A stretch of 64,000 nt of DNA from Candidatus Eiseniibacteriota bacterium (GTDB lineage: Bacteria; Eisenbacteria; RBG-16-71-46): assembly GCA_963717935.1 (NCBI GenBank), contig CAVQXP010000002.1:96001-160000 (forward strand). Direction: 5' to 3'. The stretch's first letter is position 1; every line of letters starts with the position of its first letter. The notes beneath the pieces are model-generated. The model had not been told where the DNA came from and did no database searches. It saw nothing but the letters and a program-made list of their open reading frames with translations. A program made the translations under genes and the position numbers. Of this stretch, positions 38,903-48,431 are shown piece after piece.

Positions 38903-40645
38903 GTGCCTTCGGCCTCACAGAGTCCGCCCCGGCCCGTCGTCCGCCTCCTGCCGCAGCTCGCGGACTTCGCTGCCCAGCACTACGGCGACCTTCCCTTCCT
39001 CCTGCGCTGGACGCCCTCGGGCTGGGAGCCCTGGAGCTTCTGCGAGGCTGCCCGGCGGCTGCACGCCTTCACGGCGCTGCTCGAGCGGGAGGGTGTGAAG
39101 GCCGGCGATCGCGTCGCCATCCAGAGCGAGAACCGCCCGGAGTGGGGACTGGCCTACCTGGCCGCGCTCGAGGCGGGGGCGGTGGTCGTGCCTCTGGACG
39201 CGCTGCTCAAGGAGCACGAGGTGGGCGAGATCCTCGCCCAGTCGGGGGCCCGCTTCTGCGTCGTGAGCGCGCGGCAGCGCCCCGTGGTCGAGAGCGTGCG
39301 GGACTCGCGCCTGCCCGACCTCAGGCTTCTCTCGCTGGACCCGTGCGACGACCTGCCCTCGTGGCCCGTGGCGCAGGAGCGCTTCCCGGACGAGCGGCCG
39401 CGCCCCGAACGCGCCTCGCCCGACGACCTCGCGGTGCTGCTGTTCACCTCCGGGACGACCGGGCAGGCGAAGGCCGTCATGCTGTCGCACTCGAACCTGC
39501 TCCACAACGTCGAGGCGCTGATGCGCGCGATCCCCTACGGGCCGGGCGACCGCATGCTCTCGGTGCTCCCGCTCCACCACACCTTCGAGACCACGATCGG
39601 CTTCCTCTGCCCGATGCGCGGCGGAGGCAGCGTGGCCTACGCCCGCGGGCTCAAGTCGAACGAGCTGCGCGAGGATCTGCGCACGGCGCAGGCGACCATC
39701 CTGGTCGGCGTGCCGCTGCTCTACGAGAAGCTGCTCGCCGCCATCCGCCGCGGCGTCGCCGACGCTCCGCTGGCGAGCCGCCTGCTGGTGCGCGGGCTGC
39801 TCCTCGTGGTGCAGGTGGCGAGCCGCCTGACCGGCGCGCGGCTCGGCGCCCGGCTGCTCCGGCCGCTGCGCGTGAAGGCCGGCCTGGGGCGCATGCGCCT
39901 GTTCGTCTCGGGGGCGGCCGCGCTGCCCCGGGGCGTGTTCTGGGGTTTCGTGAACCTTGGTATCCCCGTGGCCGAGGGCTACGGCCTGACCGAATGCTCG
40001 CCCGTGGTGGCCGCGAACCGCACGGACCGCCCGGAGCCCGGCGCCGTGGGCTACCCGCTCCCGGGCATCGAGGTGCGCATCGACCAGCCGGACGCCGAGG
40101 GCGACGGCGAGATCAAGGTGCGCGGGCCCAACGTGATGCTGGGCTACTTCGGCAATCCGCAGGCCACGGCCGAGGTGCTGCGCGACGGCTGGTTCCTGAC
40201 CGGGGACCTGGGGCGCATCCTCGCCGACGGGCGCCTGAAGATCACCGGGCGCGTGAAGAACATGATCGCGACCGCCGCGGGGAAGAAGATCTACCCCGAA
40301 GAGGTCGAGATCCACCTCGGCAACTCCCCCTACATCCTCGAGGTCGTGGTCGTGGGCGGACGCGACGTGCGCGGCGAGCGCGAGGAGGTGCATGCCCACG
40401 TCTTCCCGGACTTCCAGGCGCTCGGGGCGCTGGCCCGCAGCCAGGGCCGCGCGTTCGACGGAGCCTACGCCGAGGAGGCGCTGCGCCGCGAAGTGGAGAC
40501 CCGCTGCCAGTTGCTGGCGCCCTACAAGCGGGTGAAGCGCGTCATCGTGCGGCGCCAGGAGTTCCCCAAGACCACCACGGGGAAGATCCGGCGTCAGAAC
40601 CTCTCCGCCGAGGCCGCCGAGAAGCAGGCGAACGCGGTCGCGTAG
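38903..40645 (+). CDS. Long-chain fatty acid-CoA ligase (AMP-binding)
   Basis: FTSGTTGQAK, LPLHH, GYGLTE, GWFLTGD, GKKIYPEE, GKIRR. Confidence 0.92.
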   Translation: MPSASQSPPRPVVRLLPQLADFAAQHYGDLPFLLRWTPSGWEPWSFCEAARRLHAFTALLEREGVKAGDRVAIQSENRPEWGLAYLAALEAGAVVVPLDALLKEHEVGEILAQSGARFCVVSARQRPVVESVRDSRLPDLRLLSLDPCDDLPSWPVAQERFPDERPRPERASPDDLAVLLFTSGTTGQAKAVMLSHSNLLHNVEALMRAIPYGPGDRMLSVLPLHHTFETTIGFLCPMRGGGSVAYARGLKSNELREDLRTAQATILVGVPLLYEKLLAAIRRGVADAPLASRLLVRGLLLVVQVASRLTGARLGARLLRPLRVKAGLGRMRLFVSGAAALPRGVFWGFVNLGIPVAEGYGLTECSPVVAANRTDRPEPGAVGYPLPGIEVRIDQPDAEGDGEIKVRGPNVMLGYFGNPQATAEVLRDGWFLTGDLGRILADGRLKITGRVKNMIATAAGKKIYPEEVEIHLGNSPYILEVVVVGGRDVRGEREEVHAHVFPDFQALGALARSQGRAFDGAYAEEALRREVETRCQLLAPYKRVKRVIVRRQEFPKTTTGKIRRQNLSAEAAEKQANAVA

Positions 40646-40696
40646 GACGGAGCCCGCCCGGGCTCGTCTCCTCCGCGCCGTCGGTCCGCGGCGCGG

Positions 40697-41071
40697 TTAC
40701 TTGTTCTCCGGCCGGTAGAGGACCGCGCCGTCTCCGTCCACGGTCATGATGTGCCGCTGGAGCATGGGCCCCCTGGGCACCATGCCGCCCGACCAGGACT
40801 GCTCGTGGGCGGCGTTGTCGAAGCGCCAGACCAGCACGAACGTGGCGTCGCGGTCCACGCGGAACGGGAACTCCGCCTTCCCGTCGTCGGGGATGGATTC
40901 CCTCACGAAGGTCTGGCCGCCCACGCTCAGGCGCACGCGCGTCATCTCGCGGCCGCTGGTGTTCTCGACGACGGCCTCGTGGCTCGACGGCCTGTTGAGC
41001 AGATCGCCCCGGTGCTGCCAGCCGTACCAGCCGGCGACGACGAACAGGAGAAGGATGAGGAGACGCTTCAT
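40697..41071 (-). CDS. Small exported or membrane-anchored hypothetical protein
   Basis: MKRLLILLLFVVAGWYGW anchor, beta-rich domain, GGAGGG ribosome-binding site. Confidence 0.7.
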   Translation of the reverse strand: MKRLLILLLFVVAGWYGWQHRGDLLNRPSSHEAVVENTSGREMTRVRLSVGGQTFVRESIPDDGKAEFPFRVDRDATFVLVWRFDNAAHEQSWSGGMVPRGPMLQRHIMTVDGDGAVLYRPENK

Positions 41072-41148
41072 GGATCCCTCCGGGGGGCGCGGCGTCCTGC
41101 GCGAGGCCGGTGCCGCACCGTGGACGCACGCGTCGCGGTGCGCATGGG

Positions 41149-41754
41149 CTAGCCTGGCGCTTCCAGGGGCTTCCGGTCCGGTGCTGCCCGCCGCTCACCC
41201 TCGCGCGGTACCGGCTCGAAAGCCGCCAGCGTCCTCGCGATGAGTACCCGCGCCCCGGCGGGGCCCGGGTTCTCGATCGAGTGCGGGATGTGGCCGTCGA
41301 AGTGGCACGAGTCGCCGGTCCCGAGCATCACCTCCTGCTCACCGTGGAGCAGGCGCACGCTCCCTTCGACGCACAGGAGGCACTCCTCGCCATGGTGGAA
41401 GTGGGACTGCTTTCCGGCCACCGGGTCCGGTGGCAGCTCCAGCATGAGCAGCTCGAGGTTGCGCTTTGGCAGGGCGGACAGCACCTCGGTCCGCGAGGTG
41501 TCGCCGTCGGCCGGGAGTTGCGGCCGCTCCGCCGCGCGCACCACGTGGAGGGTCAAGTCGCCCTCGACGACGAGGTAGGCCACGGAGGTTTGCAGCGCCG
41601 CGGCGAGGTCGCGCAGGGTGGAGAGCGACGGCGAGGTGCGATCGTTCTCGACCTGGCTGATGAAGCCCTTGGACAGGTGGGTCGCGTCGGCGAGCTTCTG
41701 GACCGTCAGGCCGTGGCGCAGGCGCAGGTCCCGGATCTTCCTGCCGAGCTGCAT
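41149..41754 (-). CDS. XRE-family HTH-cupin transcriptional regulator
   Basis: LSKGFISQVENDRTSPS HTH; HHGEE...FDGHIPH cupin. Confidence 0.92.
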   Translation of the reverse strand: MQLGRKIRDLRLRHGLTVQKLADATHLSKGFISQVENDRTSPSLSTLRDLAAALQTSVAYLVVEGDLTLHVVRAAERPQLPADGDTSRTEVLSALPKRNLELLMLELPPDPVAGKQSHFHHGEECLLCVEGSVRLLHGEQEVMLGTGDSCHFDGHIPHSIENPGPAGARVLIARTLAAFEPVPREGERRAAPDRKPLEAPG

Positions 41755-41801
41755 GGTCGCATCTCCCGTGGGAGAGGAGGTGGAGGGTGCGGCTTGGATG
41801 C

Positions 41802-41830
41802 AGGCTAGGATGCGCCGTGCCCGGTGTCAA
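41802..41830 (-). promoter_or_regulatory. Candidate sigma70 promoter of the XRE gene
   Basis: TTGACA-N17-TAGCCT. Confidence 0.6.
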
Positions 41831-41954
41831 CGGCCGGGGCGGTCCCCATGATTCCGCTTCGGGGAGCCGGGAACAGGGGGCGGCGACGCCGCAGCGGCGT
41901 GGGGGATCGAGGCCGGCGCGGCAGCTTCCGCCGCCGCGCCGGCCCCTCGCACCC

Positions 41955-44525
41955 CTACTGCACCAGCACGACCTTCACGGTGCGGGCCGCGCCGTCGGCA
42001 ACGAACCGGGCGAAGTACACGCCGCTCGGCACGCGCGCGCCCCGCGCGTCGGTGCCGTCCCAGCGCACCGTGTGGGGGCCGGCCGGCAGCGTGGCGCCGG
42101 CGAGCAGCGTCCGCACGCGCCGGCCGCGGGAATCGAACAGGGCCAGCGACACCGCGCCCGACGTCGCCACCGTGAAGCGCAGTTCGGTGCGCGGGTTGAA
42201 CGGATTCGGCGCCGCGCTGAACTCCAGCCGCGCCCCGGGCTGCGTCCCCTCCGCGCCGGCCGCCGCCGGCTGCGCCACGTGGATGACGAAGTCGTCGAAG
42301 TAGAATCCGTCGTAGGTCTGCGACGCGTCGCTGCTCAGCCGGAAGCGGAAACGCACGTCCGCCAGACCGAGCCACGGCGCCAGATCCACGCTGTTCTGCA
42401 CCCAGTCGGTCTGGGTCCCCTCGAACAGCGGCGCCGCGGCCGGGATCTGCCCCCCCTGGCCGGCGGCCGGCTGCGTCCAGGCCGTCGCCAGCGGGGCCCA
42501 GACGCCGCCGCCGTCGGTCGACGCCTCGAAGAAGACCGCGTCCCAGTCCGCCTCGATGTCCCAGCGCGCCCAGAAGCTGACGGTGCCCGCGGTGATCCCG
42601 GTCAGATCCACCGGCGCCAGCGTCACGATGTTCGTCGCGTTGTTCGTGTAGCTGCCGGTCGGACTGTCGGCCAGCGAATGCGTCGGGCTGTGCGCCTGCT
42701 CCGTGGAAAGTCCCCAGGTGCCGCCGCTCCAGGTGCCCGTACCGCTTTCGAAATCGTCGGTGACGAGGTCGCTCTCGTCGACCGGCAGCAGCGTGAAGTC
42801 CTCCGCGCGCGCGGCCGTGTCCAGGGTGACGCGCCGCGTGACCGTGGCGTACCCCGCGGCGGCCACGCTGAAGGTGTACTCGCCGTACGCCAGATGCGCC
42901 GTGTAGGCCCCGCCCGCGCCGGCGTCGCTCGCCAGCGTGGCCGCGGCCTGGCCCAGCGGCCAGGTCGTGACGGTGATCGTGGCGGCCAGGCCGTCCAGCG
43001 CGGCGTTGCGCACCGTGCCCGACACATCCGCCCACGCGGCCGGGCTCAGCTGCACGTTCAGCACCGTCTCCGTCCCCCAGGTCGTGCCGACGTCGCTGAA
43101 GGTCCGGGGCGTGCAGCCGGGTGCCTCGAACGTCAGTTCGTAGACGCCGGTCGGCAGCAGCTTGTAGTAGTCACCGAGGTCGGGATCGGTCACGACCGGC
43201 TTGCTGATCCCGGTCACGGTCACGGTGGCCGGCAGCGGCAGTCCGGTGCCGGCCGCGGTGACCAGCCCGTGCACGCCGTAGCGCGCCGCCCGGATGAAAT
43301 GGAGCAGGCTCTCGCGGTTGTCGTCCCAGAAATCGACGAGCTTGCTGGCTGCCGGGGTCTTGACGTCGCTCACCTCGATCGTGAAATCCCAGCAGCCGGT
43401 CTCGTGGTACGCCCAGTCCTGCAGGCTCCCCTTCACGATGTACCAGTCGGCGCCGTTGGTGATGCCGAGCGGGAACGTCTTGCTCTCGTACATCGGCAGG
43501 TTGTACTGGCTGTACTCGAGCGCCATCTTCTGCAGCCCCGCGTCGTCCGACGTCCGCGTGTAGGTGTAGTCCCACAGGTAGTTGGTCACGAGCGCGCCGC
43601 CGTGCCCCACCTCGCTGAGGGCGAAGTGGTGCGCGGCGCCGTGGTCCTTCACGAGGACCGTCTCGAGCTCCTCGACGTAGCTGCCATCGTCGCCGACCGA
43701 GCCGTCGGGCACCGGATAGTCACGGTTGAGGTCCTGACCGTTGGCGTTGTAGCGCTCGCCGGCCGCGTTGCCGTCGGGGTTGAGGCAGGGCACGATGTGG
43801 ATCTCGGTGTGGTCGACCAGATCGGTCACGACCGGATCGACGCCGTAGTTGTTGGTCAGGTACTCCACGAGCGTGACCAGGTTCTCCATCTGCACCGGCT
43901 CGTCGCCGTGGATCGTCGCGGCGAGCCGTACTTCAGGCTCCGCCTCCTCCACGCCGACCTGGTCGGAGATCACGATGGCGTGGAGCGGCCGCCCCTCGAT
44001 GGAATTGCCGAGGCTGTAGTACGCGGCGATGGCCGGGTGGTCGATCTGCGCCTGCTGCAGGATCTGCCCGATCTGGGCCTGGGTGTGGTAGGCCGCGGTC
44101 TCGCTGACGAGCGGCTCCAGCGCGGCCTGCGCCGCCCACGCCGCCTCCATCGCCTCGCGCCCCTCGCGGTCGAGGTCGCGCAGCCGCGTGAAGGGGACTC
44201 CGGCGGCGGTCAGCGCCGACGCCTCCGCCTCCGTAACCCGCGGCTGCCACACCACGCGGCGTGACTTCGGACCGGTGGCCACGAACGCCACCTGCTCGCG
44301 GTCGAACGACGCCACCGGCACCCGCGCCAGCAACGCGGCCAGCGCCGCCTGGTCCGGCAGTTCGATGCGCACCGGGAAGTCGGTCCAGACCCGCGTCACC
44401 CACTGCGGTCGGCCCATCGCGTCCAGGGGGGCGGTCGCCGCCGCCAGGGCCAGCGACGGGAGCAGGAGCAGGCAGACGAGCGGGGCGGCGGCGCGCCGCG
44501 CCGCGACAAGGTGACCGTGCCACAT
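41955..44525 (-). CDS. Secreted M14 zinc carboxypeptidase with accessory beta domains and C-terminal FlgD-Ig/T9SS-like tail
   Basis: IHGDE, NPDG, RYNANGQDLNR, HGG, TIEVS; tail APNPFNPRT...WDGTDARGARVPSGVYF...KVVLVQ. Confidence 0.88.
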   Translation of the reverse strand: MWHGHLVAARRAAAPLVCLLLLPSLALAAATAPLDAMGRPQWVTRVWTDFPVRIELPDQAALAALLARVPVASFDREQVAFVATGPKSRRVVWQPRVTEAEASALTAAGVPFTRLRDLDREGREAMEAAWAAQAALEPLVSETAAYHTQAQIGQILQQAQIDHPAIAAYYSLGNSIEGRPLHAIVISDQVGVEEAEPEVRLAATIHGDEPVQMENLVTLVEYLTNNYGVDPVVTDLVDHTEIHIVPCLNPDGNAAGERYNANGQDLNRDYPVPDGSVGDDGSYVEELETVLVKDHGAAHHFALSEVGHGGALVTNYLWDYTYTRTSDDAGLQKMALEYSQYNLPMYESKTFPLGITNGADWYIVKGSLQDWAYHETGCWDFTIEVSDVKTPAASKLVDFWDDNRESLLHFIRAARYGVHGLVTAAGTGLPLPATVTVTGISKPVVTDPDLGDYYKLLPTGVYELTFEAPGCTPRTFSDVGTTWGTETVLNVQLSPAAWADVSGTVRNAALDGLAATITVTTWPLGQAAATLASDAGAGGAYTAHLAYGEYTFSVAAAGYATVTRRVTLDTAARAEDFTLLPVDESDLVTDDFESGTGTWSGGTWGLSTEQAHSPTHSLADSPTGSYTNNATNIVTLAPVDLTGITAGTVSFWARWDIEADWDAVFFEASTDGGGVWAPLATAWTQPAAGQGGQIPAAAPLFEGTQTDWVQNSVDLAPWLGLADVRFRFRLSSDASQTYDGFYFDDFVIHVAQPAAAGAEGTQPGARLEFSAAPNPFNPRTELRFTVATSGAVSLALFDSRGRRVRTLLAGATLPAGPHTVRWDGTDARGARVPSGVYFARFVADGAARTVKVVLVQ

Positions 44526-44728
44526 CGAGGGGCCCCTCTTTCGCTATTTGTTATTCGTTGGTAGACCGACCGGCGCCCGACACGGACGCCGGCCAATCGC
44601 GGCCCATCGATTATATACCCTGCCGAACCCACCCAGCCAGACCGGCAGGTCGTGCTCTGAGGATCGTGTCCGTGGGGGAGCCGGGGGGCGCAGCGCGCTC
44701 GGGCGCCTGGCTCAGTCGGCGAGCGGAA

Positions 44729-46585
44729 TCATGGCGGCCCCGGCCCGCCCGCGCGCCCGGCGTCGGCGCCGGGCGGCGTGCGCAGGCTGCGGTCGCCGAG
44801 GTACTGGAGCTGGTAGAGCCGCGCGTAGATGCCGCCGCGGGCCAGCAGGTCGGCGTGGGTCCCCACCTCGCGCACGCGTCCGTGGTGCAGCACCACGATG
44901 CGGTCCACGTCCTGGATGGTCGAGAGCCGGTGCGCGATCACGAGCGAGGTGCGCCCGTGCATGAGCCGGCGCAGGCCATCCTGGATGAGGGTCTCGGTCT
45001 GCGTGTCCACCGAGGAGGTGGCCTCGTCCAGCACCAGCACGCTCGGGTCGGCGGCCAGGGCCCGGGCGAAGGCGAGCAGCTGGCGCTCGCCTGCGGAGAA
45101 GGTCGCGCCGCGCTCGTGCACCTCGGCGTCGTAGCCGTCCGGCAGACGCTCGATGAATCGGTCGGCGTGTACCTCTCGCGCGGCCCGCTCGAGGGCCTCG
45201 CGGGGCAGCGTGGCGTCGGCGAGCGCGAGGTTCGAGGCGATGCTGCCCGAGAACAGGAAGGGGTCCTGCAGCACGAGCCCGACGTGGCGGCGCAGCTCGC
45301 GGATGTCCCACTCGGCCAGCGGGCGGTCGTCCACGCGGATGACACCGCGCTGCGGCTGGTAGAAGCCCAGCAGCAGGCTCACCGCCGTGGTCTTGCCCGA
45401 GCCCGTGGCGCCCACCAGCGCGACCTTCTCGCCGGGCTCGACCGCGAACGAGACGTCCTCGAGCACCCGGGCCCCGCCGTCATAGGCGAAGGTGACGCCC
45501 TCGAACTCGATCCGCCCGCGGAAGCCGCCGCGGCGGGTCCGGTCCGGCTCCGCGGGCGCACCCGCCGCGGGCAGCGCAGCGGCCGGGTCGGCCGGCGCAT
45601 CGAGCAGATCGAAGATGCGCTCCGAGGAGGCCATGGCCTGCTGCAGGATGTTGTACTTCTCGCTCAGGTCCGAGATGGGACGGAAGAAGCGCTGGGTATA
45701 CTGGATGAAGGCCACCAGCGTGCCCAGGGTGATCCCGGTCCACATGACCTGCCGGCCGCCGTACCAGACGATGAGCGAGACGGCCAGGGCGCTGACCAGT
45801 TCCAGCACCGGGAAGAAGATCGCATGGTAGAAGTTCGCCTGCAGGTTGGCGTCACGGTGCCCGGCGTTGATGGCGCGGAACTCCGCGTGATTGCGCTCCT
45901 CGCGGTTCAGCAACTGCACGGTCGCCATGCCGGTCAGGTTCTCGTTGAGGAAGGCGTTCAGGCGCGCGAGGCGCGTGCGCACGTCGCGGAACGAGCGGCG
46001 CACCTTGATGCGGAACGTGAGCGTCACGAGGAAGATGAGGGGCACGACCGAGAACGCCACGCCCAGCAACTCGGCGTTCAGCCGCCACATCACGATGAGG
46101 ATGCCCACGAGCGCGAACACGTCGGCGAACAGCGCGACGACGCCCGAGGTGACGAGTTCGTTCAGCACGTCCACGTCGTTCGTGACGCGCGTCATCAGCC
46201 GGCCCACGGGATTCCGGTCGAAGAAGGCGAGCGGCAGGCGCTGCAGCTGGCGGAAGATCGCCATGCGCAGGTCCATCATGACGTGCTGGCCCACGCGCTG
46301 CATGATCTGGTTCTGCACGTAGCCCAGGCCGAAGCTGACCAGCAGCACCGCGAGGTAGAGCACCGCCACCTGGTCCAGGCGCACCAGGTCGTGGCGGCGG
46401 ATGCCGCGGTCGATGGCCTCCTTGGTCAGCATGGGGCCGGCGAGCTGGGCCAGGGCGTCGATCATCACCACCACCCCGGCGAGCCACACCTGCCCGCGGT
46501 AGGGCCGCAGGTAGCGCAGCAGCCGCCGCATCAGGCGGTGGTCGTAGGTCCGGCCGGCCGCTTCCTCCTCGTGGAACGGCGTCAC
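44729..46585 (-). CDS. ABC exporter subunit (MdlB-like, fused permease/ATPase)
   Basis: GATGSGKT, FSAGERQ, VLDEATSS, AHRL. Confidence 0.93.
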   Translation of the reverse strand: MTPFHEEEAAGRTYDHRLMRRLLRYLRPYRGQVWLAGVVVMIDALAQLAGPMLTKEAIDRGIRRHDLVRLDQVAVLYLAVLLVSFGLGYVQNQIMQRVGQHVMMDLRMAIFRQLQRLPLAFFDRNPVGRLMTRVTNDVDVLNELVTSGVVALFADVFALVGILIVMWRLNAELLGVAFSVVPLIFLVTLTFRIKVRRSFRDVRTRLARLNAFLNENLTGMATVQLLNREERNHAEFRAINAGHRDANLQANFYHAIFFPVLELVSALAVSLIVWYGGRQVMWTGITLGTLVAFIQYTQRFFRPISDLSEKYNILQQAMASSERIFDLLDAPADPAAALPAAGAPAEPDRTRRGGFRGRIEFEGVTFAYDGGARVLEDVSFAVEPGEKVALVGATGSGKTTAVSLLLGFYQPQRGVIRVDDRPLAEWDIRELRRHVGLVLQDPFLFSGSIASNLALADATLPREALERAAREVHADRFIERLPDGYDAEVHERGATFSAGERQLLAFARALAADPSVLVLDEATSSVDTQTETLIQDGLRRLMHGRTSLVIAHRLSTIQDVDRIVVLHHGRVREVGTHADLLARGGIYARLYQLQYLGDRSLRTPPGADAGRAGGPGPP

Positions 46586-48315
46586 GAGGCCTCGAGCTCC
46601 TCTTCCAGTTGCTGGCGGCGGTGGAGCGCGGCGTACAGGCCGCCGAGCTCGAGCAGTTGCTCGTGCGTGCCCCGCTCGGCGACCGCGCCGGCCTCCAGCA
46701 CCACGATCTCGTCGGCGTCGCGCACCGTGCTCACCCGGTGCGAAACGATGAGCGTCGTGCGCCCCGCGCTCACGCCCCGCAGGCCGTGCAGCACCGCCTC
46801 CTCGGTCTGGGTGTCCACGCTCGAGAGGCAGTCGTCCAGCACCAGCACGGGCGTGTCCCGCAGGACCGCGCGGGCGATGGCCGCGCGTTGTCGCTGCCCG
46901 CCCGAGAGGGTGATGCCGCGCTCGCCGACCATCGTGTCGTAGCCGAGGGGGAAGCCGCGCACGTCCTGGTCGAAGTGGGCGACCCGGGCCGCGCTCTCGA
47001 TGGCCGCCGGGTCCGCGTGCGCGACGCCGTAGGCGATGTTCGCGGCCACCGTGGTCGAGAACAGGAACGTGTCCTGCGGCGCGACCGCCAGGCTCTCACG
47101 CAGCGCGTGCAGGCCGTACTCGAGCACGTCCACGCCGTCCAGGAACACCGTGCCGGGCGGCGGCTGGAAGGTCCGGGCGAGCAGCGCGAGCAGCGTGCTC
47201 TTGCCCGAGCCCGTGTGTCCGACCAGCGCGACGGTGCGGCCGGCAGGCACGCGGAAGCTCACGTCGCGCAGGGCCGGCTGCGTGGCGCCGGGGTAGGTGA
47301 AGGTCAGGTGCCGGAATTCCACCGCGCCACTGTCCGGACGGTCCCGGCCGCCTGCGGCCACGGGCGGTGAGTCGAGCACCTCGACGATCCGCTCCCAGGA
47401 GGCGAGGCCGCGCTGGAAGATGCTGATGACCCAGCCCAGCGCCACCATGGGCCAGTTCAGCATGCCGATGTACACGGTGAAGGCCACGAACTGGCCGAGC
47501 GTGATGCGGCCGGCAACGACCTCGCGCCCGCCGAGGTAGAGCACCAGCAGCGCCGCCAGCCCCGAGAGGAACGCGAGCATCGGGTAGAACAGCCCCGAGG
47601 TGTGGATCAACTGCAGGTTGCGCTCGAGGTACCCCTGGTTGAGCACGCGAAAGTCCTCGAGCTCGCGGCCCTCGCGCGTGAAGGCGCGCACCACGCGTAC
47701 GCCCGCCAGATTCTCCTGGGCGTGCGCCGAGAGCGAGGAGAAGTACGCCTGGATCTCCTCGAAGCGGCGGTGGATGCGGTCGCCGAAGTACCAGACCGTG
47801 AGCGAGACCAGCGGCAGCGGCAGGAGCGCGAGCGCGGTGAGCCGCGGGCTGATCGCGAGCATGAACCCCAGCGATGCCAGCGCCGTCACGAAGGTGTTGA
47901 CGGAGTACATCACGCCCGGGCCCAGCATCATGCGCACGGCCGCGAGGTCGTTCGTGGTCCGGGACATGAGGTCGCCGGTGCGCCCGCGCTGGAAGTACGC
48001 GATCGGCAGCCGCTCGAAGTGCGCGAAGAGGTCGTTGCGCAGGTCGTATTCGATGTGGCGCGAGATGCCGATCACCGCCTGGCGCATCCCGTACTTGAAG
48101 ACGCCCGCGATCACCGCGATGCCGAGCAGGAGGAGCGCGTAGCGGCCGAGTTTCTCCGCCGTGACGCCGCGGTAGAGGTCGTCCACCGCGTGGCGCAGGA
48201 CCTGCGGCTGCGTGAGGGCGATCAGGTCGGCGAGCGCCACGCACGCCAGGCCCCACGCCAGGCCGCGCCGGTAGCGTGCCAGATAGGGGAGGAGGCGGAG
48301 TCTCAGGTCACGGAT
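46582..48315 (-). CDS. ABC exporter subunit (MdlA-like, degenerate Walker B); probable ATC start
   Basis: GHTGSGKS, LSGGQRQR, VLDDCLSS; frame stays open to ATC at 48315 behind a GAGGAG ribosome-binding site. Confidence 0.9.
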   Translation of the reverse strand: MRDLRLRLLPYLARYRRGLAWGLACVALADLIALTQPQVLRHAVDDLYRGVTAEKLGRYALLLLGIAVIAGVFKYGMRQAVIGISRHIEYDLRNDLFAHFERLPIAYFQRGRTGDLMSRTTNDLAAVRMMLGPGVMYSVNTFVTALASLGFMLAISPRLTALALLPLPLVSLTVWYFGDRIHRRFEEIQAYFSSLSAHAQENLAGVRVVRAFTREGRELEDFRVLNQGYLERNLQLIHTSGLFYPMLAFLSGLAALLVLYLGGREVVAGRITLGQFVAFTVYIGMLNWPMVALGWVISIFQRGLASWERIVEVLDSPPVAAGGRDRPDSGAVEFRHLTFTYPGATQPALRDVSFRVPAGRTVALVGHTGSGKSTLLALLARTFQPPPGTVFLDGVDVLEYGLHALRESLAVAPQDTFLFSTTVAANIAYGVAHADPAAIESAARVAHFDQDVRGFPLGYDTMVGERGITLSGGQRQRAAIARAVLRDTPVLVLDDCLSSVDTQTEEAVLHGLRGVSAGRTTLIVSHRVSTVRDADEIVVLEAGAVAERGTHEQLLELGGLYAALHRRQQLEEELEAS

Positions 48316-48363
48316 GGGACGCCCTCCTCAAGGCCCGGGCCTTCGGGAGAGGCCGGATCAGGG

Positions 48364-48398
48364 GCGCAGCGGAAGACCCGCCGGGTGTCCCGCTGCGC
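48364..48398 (-). terminator. Hairpin downstream of the beta-barrel gene
   Basis: GCGCAGCGG...CCGCTGCGC arms with inner ACCCG/CGGGT. Confidence 0.45.
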
Positions 48399-48431
48399 GT
48401 GACGGATCCGCCCGCGGTCCGGGCCGGCCCG

